Program-made: the position numbers and the translations under genes
Source: a bacterium
GTDB taxonomy: Bacteria; Desulfobacterota; Binatia; Binatales; Binataceae
DNA length: 64,000 nt
NCBI GenBank assembly: GCA_014896235.1
Contig: JADBKU010000018.1
Location: forward strand, 13,986 to 77,985
Reading direction: 5' to 3'
The notes under the pieces: model-generated
The model's input: only the letters and a program-made list of their open reading frames with translations
Databases searched by the model: none
What the model was told of the DNA's origin: nothing
Shown here: piece after piece, positions 57,912-64,000 of the stretch
How positions within the stretch are numbered: the stretch's first letter is position 1
Layout of the letters: every line of letters begins with the position of its first letter

Positions 57912-59447
57912 ATGCGTACGACCGCCGATATGCGCGGCTTTATTCGCGCAGCGTGCGCGATGCTCGCGCGCCAGCGCGACCTCGCCGGCTTCGAAGTTTA
58001 CGCTTCGTCGAGCGAGCATCGCGTCGCCCGCATAAATTATACCTCGGACATTCCAGCGCGCGGCGTCGAGGAGTTCAAATCGCTCAACGCCGACGGTTTC
58101 GCCGTCCGTATCGTTATGGCGCGCGACCCTCATGAAACGGGCAACGCCGCCATCGCCGGCGATTTGACCATCGACGCGGTTCGCGAAGCGCTCGAACGCG
58201 CGCGCCGCGCCGTAATCGTCGATCCGCATTTCCCGGGATTGCCGCAGGGTCCAAGGCGGCTGCGGACAATTCCGCCAAGCGCCGAAAAATCTGATCTGAT
58301 GGGCGCGAAAGACGAAATACTGGCCGCGGCCGCATGGCGGATCGTTGGCGGCGCGCTCGCGGCGTTCCGCGCCCGGATGAAGCTCGCGATGCCGCGGCCG
58401 GGACTCGTGATCGGCGGCGACCTCTCTCTGATTCGCGATCGAATCGCGATCGGCGGTTCAAATTTCGACGACATCCGCGGCGACGAGAGCGCGCGATTCG
58501 CCTCGTCGATCACGGCGCTGGTCGAAGCGCTCGAGGCCAAAGGCTCCGCGACCGCGATGGGCGTGACGCGCGAAGAATTGAATCGCGCCGGCGAGTGCCT
58601 CGGACGTGAAGCGATGAGTCGCGCGCTTGCGTTGCGCCACGGAGAACGACCTCGTCACGGAACCTTCCGGGTCGTGATGGGGCCGCAGCCGATCGCTGAA
58701 ATTCTCAATTACATGGTCGTGCCGTCGCTCACCGCGGGCGCTTTTCAGGCGGCGAATTCGGCCTATCAAGGCCGTTTCGGGGAGCTCGTGATGGACGAGC
58801 GCTTCAGCCTCGCCGACGATCCTCGCGCGCCCGCCGGTTCGATCCGCCGGAGAATCACCTGCGAAGGACTGCCGGCGAAAAGGACGGAACTGGTCCGCTA
58901 TGGCAGGTTGTGCGGTCTGCTCGCCAACACCTACGACGCGCATCGTTTGCTTGCCGACGAGCGCCGCGCGGAGAAACTCGGCGCGAGCGCGCCTGCGGAA
59001 TTAGCGTTTCCGCCGCACAGCGCATACCGGATGGGCGAAAGCTCGGCGCGCCGCTTCGACGGCCATCCCGGAGCAGCCGCGACTAATCTGGTTATGACCG
59101 CCAGCGGCGGCGTGAGCGACGCTGAACTCATACGCGCTGTCGGCGATGGAATCTACGTCGGCCGCGTCTGGTATACCTATCCCATCAACGGACAGCGCGC
59201 GGGCGATTTCACCTGCACGATCAGCGGCGATTCATATGTTATTCGCGGCGGACGGCTGGCCGCGCCGCTCGCGCCCAATCATTTTCGAATCAACGCAAAT
59301 ATCGCGGATATATTTTCCAAACCAATCGCAATCGGCCGGCGATCGCGATCGGCGATGGTCTGGGGATCTCCCGAGACTTATATCGTGCCGCCGATCGCGA
59401 TCGCCGAACTTGATTTGTCGGCTATCGCTTCCGCCGAAACCGACTGA
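57912..59447 (+). CDS. pmbA: PmbA/TldE-family (peptidase U62) partner protein
   Basis: U62 fold without HExxxH, 511 aa. Immediately follows tldD. Confidence 0.7.
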   Translation: MRTTADMRGFIRAACAMLARQRDLAGFEVYASSSEHRVARINYTSDIPARGVEEFKSLNADGFAVRIVMARDPHETGNAAIAGDLTIDAVREALERARRAVIVDPHFPGLPQGPRRLRTIPPSAEKSDLMGAKDEILAAAAWRIVGGALAAFRARMKLAMPRPGLVIGGDLSLIRDRIAIGGSNFDDIRGDESARFASSITALVEALEAKGSATAMGVTREELNRAGECLGREAMSRALALRHGERPRHGTFRVVMGPQPIAEILNYMVVPSLTAGAFQAANSAYQGRFGELVMDERFSLADDPRAPAGSIRRRITCEGLPAKRTELVRYGRLCGLLANTYDAHRLLADERRAEKLGASAPAELAFPPHSAYRMGESSARRFDGHPGAAATNLVMTASGGVSDAELIRAVGDGIYVGRVWYTYPINGQRAGDFTCTISGDSYVIRGGRLAAPLAPNHFRINANIADIFSKPIAIGRRSRSAMVWGSPETYIVPPIAIAELDLSAIASAETD

Positions 59448-59456
59448 CCATTCGCG

Positions 59457-60014
59457 TCAGCGCACTCGCCGCCCGTCGCGATAGACTTCCTGCTTGCTGG
59501 TGATTCCAAGCGGGTCCCATCGCGTCCAAGTCCCGTCACGGCGGCCGTTGCGATAGTTCCCTTCGATCGACTTGACCCCGTTGGCGTACCAACTCGTATG
59601 CAGTCCGTCGCGCACGCCGTTCACATAATGGTCAATTGACGCGCGTTGTCCATTCTCGTACCACAACGTCCATTCGCCCACTTGGACGCCGTCGCGATAC
59701 TCGCCTTCGATCATCCGGCCGCCGCCCTCGCCGTAAGCGACGAACACGCCGTCTTTGACCGGCTTGCCATTGACAATCTTTTGACACCACTGTTCTTCGC
59801 CGCGCGGCGGCGGCGCGCCCATCATCGTCGCCCCCGGCGGACACGGCGGCAGTGGTCCGACGGTCGTGTGGCGACAACTCGCAAGAGCGGCGCAAGCGGC
59901 GATGGCGGCGGCGAAAGCCAGGCGCCGCGCCAATTCCGGCGCATTGGATCTGGATCGGATCAAGCGCGCGCCGCGGCTGAATAGCGAGCGTCGAAAGCGT
60001 GATAGTCCCGCCAT
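59457..60014 (-). CDS. MORN-repeat (YwqK-like) lipoprotein
   Basis: Lipobox LASC, repeated G.W..WY.NG....G.Y..G...G.W MORN-variant units. 185 aa. Confidence 0.55.
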   Translation of the reverse strand: MAGLSRFRRSLFSRGARLIRSRSNAPELARRLAFAAAIAACAALASCRHTTVGPLPPCPPGATMMGAPPPRGEEQWCQKIVNGKPVKDGVFVAYGEGGGRMIEGEYRDGVQVGEWTLWYENGQRASIDHYVNGVRDGLHTSWYANGVKSIEGNYRNGRRDGTWTRWDPLGITSKQEVYRDGRRVR

Positions 60015-60116
60015 GAAAGCTAACGGGCGGACGGCCTTTTCACGCCGTCCGCCCGCTTCGAACCATATTCGTTGGACGCGATTCTCAGTTTCGCGTTCCG
60101 CCGCTCATCAGTAGTC

Positions 60117-61808
60117 TCAGTTCGAACCGGTCGATCCGAGCAAGTTGCCGCCAAGCGTCGGATGGCCTACGGTCTTGTCGCCGATAATGTTGACCATCGC
60201 CGGTTTCCCGGAATTGAATGCGCGTTCGAGCGCCGGAACGATCTGATCCGGCTCGGTCACGAACTCGCCGTGGCAGCCCATCTCGGCGAACGCTTTGTCA
60301 TACCGGATATCCTGCAGCATGTTGAACGGATCGGTGCGATCCTTCAGCATCGGCATCGATTCAAAGCTCGGTCCCCACGAACTGTTGTTGTACAACACGC
60401 ATACTATCGGCAGGTTGTAGCGAGCCGCGGTTTCCATGTCGAAGCCGCCGATGCCCAATCCGCCGTCGCCCATGATCAGCGCGACTTGCTTGCCCGGCCG
60501 CGCGAGTTGCACGCCAATCCCCATGCCGAATCCGTGACCAACCGGCGCCAGCGGGCCGGCGTCGATAATCTGGCCGGGGAAGCGCGCCGTGAAGCCCTGA
60601 CTCATCCATCCCGACAGCGTGAAACTGTCGATAACGACGGTGCAATTTTTGTCGAGCACCGATACCAGGTCTTTCGTCAGCCGCGCCGGATGGATCGGTT
60701 TGTTCCCGTGGACCTTCTTTTCGTTCTCGATCACCTGTCGCTCGAAATTCGCGCGCACCTCGGCCAGTTCCTTGAGCCAGCTCGACGACCGGTTTTTCGA
60801 GAAATCGAGCTTGAGCTCCTTGATCCGATTGATCATCTGGCGCAGCACCAGCTTGGGATCGCCGACCAGCGGAATCTCGGCCGGCACCTGCCATCCGATA
60901 CGCGACGGCGTCGGATCGCACTGAATATATTTGGCCTTGTCGTTCCATGTCGGCGGACGTCCGAAATGCTCGCCGCTCCAGAAACGGAAGCCCAGCGTCA
61001 ACACGACATCGGCCCGGCCGGTGAACGGCTTCTTGAACGCGCCGCGAATCGCCAGCGGATGTTCTTCCGAAACCGACCCCTGGCCAGCCCGCCGCGCGTA
61101 AACCGGGATCGAGGTCAGCTCCGCGAACTCTTTCAGCTCCGGCGCCGCCTGCGACCAGAACAACCCGTCGCCGCCCGCGATCAACGGACGCTCCGCCGCG
61201 TGCAACAGTTCCAGCGCCCGATCGATCTTCGCCGGATCGCCCGCCGACCGGATATCGTCCGGCGTGAAACGCTGGCCGCCCGCCCGCTGCCGGCTCTCTT
61301 CGTCCTTGTGGTAGAGGATGTTCTGCGGTATCTCGATCAGCGATACGCCCTGCGGCGGCGTCAGCGCCTCGCGAAACGCCAGCCGCATGTCGAACTCGAT
61401 CGTGCTGAAATCCGTGACCCGCTTGGTGTATTTGGCAAAGCTCCGCACAACGTCAGACCCATACGCTTCCTGGAACGACCCCTGATGGTCTTCCGTGTTC
61501 GGATGCTGTCCGGAGATGCACACCACCGCGCTGTTGGTCATCGCCGCAAGGCACAACCCCGTAACCGCGTTGGTCAGTCCGCAACCCGCCGTCACCATGC
61601 ACACGCCCGCCTCGCCCGTCATCCGCGCGAAACCGTCCGCCGCGTATGCCGTCGCCTGCTCATGGCGCATGTGAATCAGTTTGATGTCGTGATTGCGCAA
61701 CTCCGCGAGAATCGGGAACAGATGCCCGCCGTTGATCGCGAAACAATAACGCGCGCGATTTTCCTGGATAATGCGCGCGACCAATTCGCCGCCGCCCACT
61801 TTTGCCAT
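60117..61808 (-). CDS. Thiamine-diphosphate-dependent enzyme (acetolactate synthase / oxalyl-CoA decarboxylase-like)
   Basis: N-terminal Pyr domain (RHEQATAYAADGFAR...TAGCGLTN), C-terminal PP domain (GDGGLGIGGFDMETAARYNLPIVCVLYNN). AGGAGG RBS 7 nt upstream of the ATG at 61808. Confidence 0.75.
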   Translation of the reverse strand: MAKVGGGELVARIIQENRARYCFAINGGHLFPILAELRNHDIKLIHMRHEQATAYAADGFARMTGEAGVCMVTAGCGLTNAVTGLCLAAMTNSAVVCISGQHPNTEDHQGSFQEAYGSDVVRSFAKYTKRVTDFSTIEFDMRLAFREALTPPQGVSLIEIPQNILYHKDEESRQRAGGQRFTPDDIRSAGDPAKIDRALELLHAAERPLIAGGDGLFWSQAAPELKEFAELTSIPVYARRAGQGSVSEEHPLAIRGAFKKPFTGRADVVLTLGFRFWSGEHFGRPPTWNDKAKYIQCDPTPSRIGWQVPAEIPLVGDPKLVLRQMINRIKELKLDFSKNRSSSWLKELAEVRANFERQVIENEKKVHGNKPIHPARLTKDLVSVLDKNCTVVIDSFTLSGWMSQGFTARFPGQIIDAGPLAPVGHGFGMGIGVQLARPGKQVALIMGDGGLGIGGFDMETAARYNLPIVCVLYNNSSWGPSFESMPMLKDRTDPFNMLQDIRYDKAFAEMGCHGEFVTEPDQIVPALERAFNSGKPAMVNIIGDKTVGHPTLGGNLLGSTGSN

Positions 61809-62161
61809 CAGCAGTTCCTCCTTGGCGTATAGACAAACCCCGCGCCGGCTTCGGCCGCGGCGAGTCAGACCTTCGCGCCGCACCCGACATCGTCGATCGC
61901 CGCGGGCTTCGCCATTCGCTTCCGGCTGAATCCTTGCACATTTTCGCCATCGCCGAAAAGCGTCGCGACGCTCCGCCGCGATCGCGCCCGCGCCCCGAGC
62001 GCCAAATCAACCGCTTGTAGGCTCTTTAATGACAAAAGACGCCAAATCGCCGATTCGGATTTTTTCTCCGAAGCGTTGATCAGGTCTCGAATCCCTGTAA
62101 CTCTCTCTGCTTCGTAAGGATGCGCGACGCGCGCCCCTTTGGATTACGCCGCGTGCACAAG

Positions 62162-63577
62162 ATGCCACGAATCGCCACGCCCTCGAGCCGCTCCGCCAGC
62201 TCACGCCGATGGCTCGCCAGATTGGCGGCTGGCGTTTTGGGACTGGCGCTGCTTGCCGGCGCCGCGATCGCCTCCGCGGACCCCGCCGTCGCTCAACCGG
62301 CGCCGTCGCCCGCTCCCGCGAGCGCCTCGGCCAACCCGGCGCCGCAAACTTCCGCCGCCCACGCATCGGCGGCGAATTCGGCATCGTTCAATCTGCTGGA
62401 TTTGCAGACCTGGCCCGACGCGCTCAATCCGCACAACTGGCCGTTCACGCTGTTTCCGGTGCCCGAAGTCGCGACCGACCCAAACTCCGGCGTGACCTAC
62501 GGGATGCTCTTCGCGTTTCTGTTCAAAGACAAGCACGACAACATCGACTACATCCTCGCGCCCGACATCAACAACAACACCGTCCTCGGTCCCGGCGGCA
62601 ATTTCCGCCTCTTCGGCTATCCCTCCGAGGACACGCAGTGGTACGTGCAGACCGGAGCTTCGCAGCACATCGCCCGCGACGTCGATTTGAGCTACCAGAC
62701 CGGCCGCACGCTCCAGAAATGGTGGTCGCTCAATGTCCGGTTCTTCTATGAACAGGATCCGACCGACCGCTTCTTCGGCCTCGGCAACCAGTCCCCGGAG
62801 CGCGACCAGACCAACTACACCGACGAACAGGTCTTTTTGCAGGTGCTCTTCGGATGGAATCTGACGCGCCATCTGCAACTCGGATTCTTCAGCCGTCCGC
62901 GCTACATGCGCATCAAGGAAGGCGCTTTCAAAACGCTCCCTTCCATCTTCGAGCTTTTTCCCAAAGTCAAGGGCATCAACGGCGGCAGCGAATTCTACAA
63001 TGAGGCGCGCGTCACCTACGACACGCGCGATTCCGTCGATATCCCCCGCAAGGGTACGCTCGCCGTGCTTTTCAACGGCGTCGCCGATCGCGCCTTTCTC
63101 AGCTCCTCGTCATACGATCGCTTTGGCGGCGACCTGCATGAATACATCCCGATCGGCAAGCGTTTCACCTTCGCCGGCCATGTCTATCTGCAATACACCC
63201 CCGCCGGTCAGGAGACTCCGTTCTGGGCGATGCCCCGGCTCGGCGGCGAGGAAAGTCTGCTCTACGATCAGCAAACCCTGCGCGGTTACGGCGTCGGCCG
63301 GTTCACCGACAACAATATCGCCGACGCCAATTTCGAGCTGCGCACCCGCGTCCTCGAAGCCACTATCCTTGGCAATCACGGCATCCTCGAACTCGCCCCC
63401 TTCTTCGATACCGGCCGCGTATGGAACGGGATGTCCACCGTTCCGTTCGAGGATCTCCATTCCGTGGCCGGGATGGGCTTCCGGGCGATCGCCGAGCCTT
63501 TCGTCGTCGGCTATCTCGATATCGGCTACGGCGGCGAGGGCAGCGCGATTTTCGCCGGCCTCAACTATCCGTTCTGA
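62162..63577 (+). CDS. Omp85/BamA-TamA-like (bacterial surface antigen D15 family) outer-membrane beta-barrel protein
   Basis: Signal peptide (WLARLAAGVLGLALLAGAAIASA), Ala/Pro-rich linker, beta-barrel with C-terminal ...GLNYPF aromatic terminus. An alternative upstream start at 62120 is possible. Confidence 0.5.
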   Translation: MPRIATPSSRSASSRRWLARLAAGVLGLALLAGAAIASADPAVAQPAPSPAPASASANPAPQTSAAHASAANSASFNLLDLQTWPDALNPHNWPFTLFPVPEVATDPNSGVTYGMLFAFLFKDKHDNIDYILAPDINNNTVLGPGGNFRLFGYPSEDTQWYVQTGASQHIARDVDLSYQTGRTLQKWWSLNVRFFYEQDPTDRFFGLGNQSPERDQTNYTDEQVFLQVLFGWNLTRHLQLGFFSRPRYMRIKEGAFKTLPSIFELFPKVKGINGGSEFYNEARVTYDTRDSVDIPRKGTLAVLFNGVADRAFLSSSSYDRFGGDLHEYIPIGKRFTFAGHVYLQYTPAGQETPFWAMPRLGGEESLLYDQQTLRGYGVGRFTDNNIADANFELRTRVLEATILGNHGILELAPFFDTGRVWNGMSTVPFEDLHSVAGMGFRAIAEPFVVGYLDIGYGGEGSAIFAGLNYPF

Positions 63578-63607
63578 CGCCGGCTTGCGCCGCGCCGCGT
63601 TGAACTT

Positions 63608-63943
63608 TCAGCCTTTGCGGAAGCGCGAGGGGTAATCTTCGGGAAAATCCGTATCCGGATGCATCCGGCGGGCGCGCGCGATCAGCACGCTCTCTTCCTC
63701 GGGAAGGTTCGGATCCGGGATGCAGCAATCGACCGGGCACGCCGCCGCGCATTCCTCGTGATCGAAGAAACCGACGCACTCGGTGCATTTCTCGGGAACA
63801 ATATAGTAAATATCCGGCGCCAGCGCCGCGCCCGATTTTCCGTCGAGCTCCCACGGCGTTCCGCCTTCATAAATCGCATTATTGGGACAACGCCGCGCGC
63901 ACGCGCCGCAGTTGATGCATTCTTCGGTTATCAACGTCGCCAT
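63608..63943 (-). CDS. 4Fe-4S dicluster ferredoxin
   Basis: CINCGACARRCP and CTECVGFFDHEECAAACPVDCC cluster motifs. 111 aa. Confidence 0.75.
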   Translation of the reverse strand: MATLITEECINCGACARRCPNNAIYEGGTPWELDGKSGAALAPDIYYIVPEKCTECVGFFDHEECAAACPVDCCIPDPNLPEEESVLIARARRMHPDTDFPEDYPSRFRKG

Positions 63944-64000
63944 CGATTAAACGCAAATCCCGCTTCAGTCCGCCGGCATCGCCGCCGCCACCCGCCGCGC

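Noticed and set aside
60072-61832. 586-aa plus-strand ORF
   Set aside because: Antisense to the ThDP-enzyme gene, which has clear Pyr/PP ThDP-binding motifs.
1-64000. CRISPR arrays, tRNA/rRNA genes, transposase/integrase genes
   Set aside because: No spacer-repeat periodicity, no tRNA T-arm/acceptor signatures and no transposase/integrase-like ORFs were recognised on visual inspection. A tRNAscan/Infernal run would be needed to be certain.

Overview
High-GC (about 68%) bacterial chromosomal window, gene-dense on both strands. No rRNA, tRNA, CRISPR or obvious mobile elements were seen by eye. Most genes are housekeeping or envelope functions, all recognisable from motifs: apbC, dksA, rimO, lolA, ftsK, rnj, ssb, lhr, thiO, recO, tolC, and a TonB-ExbB-ExbD island with a TonB-dependent receptor and tldD/pmbA. 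Two accessory loci are the interesting part. (1) A tightly overlapping nine-gene plus-strand operon at about 11.3-22.9 kb. It is headed by a TetR regulator and centred on a 1469-aa four-domain lipid megaenzyme (fatty-acyl reductase, AMP-dependent acyl ligase, acyl carrier protein, lysophospholipid acyltransferase; ElbD-like). Around it sit a HAD-IB hydrolase, a LarA-family (lactate-racemase-like) protein, a secreted S1/P1-nuclease/zinc-PLC-fold hydrolase, a CX5R dual-specificity phosphatase, a Pcs-type CDP-alcohol phosphatidyltransferase, an N-formylglutamate-amidohydrolase-fold protein and a hypothetical protein. This is a candidate uncharacterised ether-lipid/phospholipid biosynthesis-remodelling system. 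(2) A four-gene operon at 0.1-4.5 kb whose first gene fuses a CofD/YvcK-type phospho-transferase domain to the C-terminal half of a GT2 glycosyltransferase. It is followed by a HAD phosphatase, a nucleotidyltransferase and an NAD-dependent epimerase, resembling an F420-like phospho-group activation and transfer logic in a glycan or lipid context. Other oddities: a hairpin-rich intergenic region ending in a plus-strand rho-independent terminator with no gene upstream (possible sRNA), a 1-nt frameshift in a Cys/Met PLP enzyme gene, a truncated orphan RavA-like ATPase next to recO, and palindromic operator-like sites. Many long antisense or Arg/Gly-rich ORFs in the six-frame track are GC-driven artefacts.
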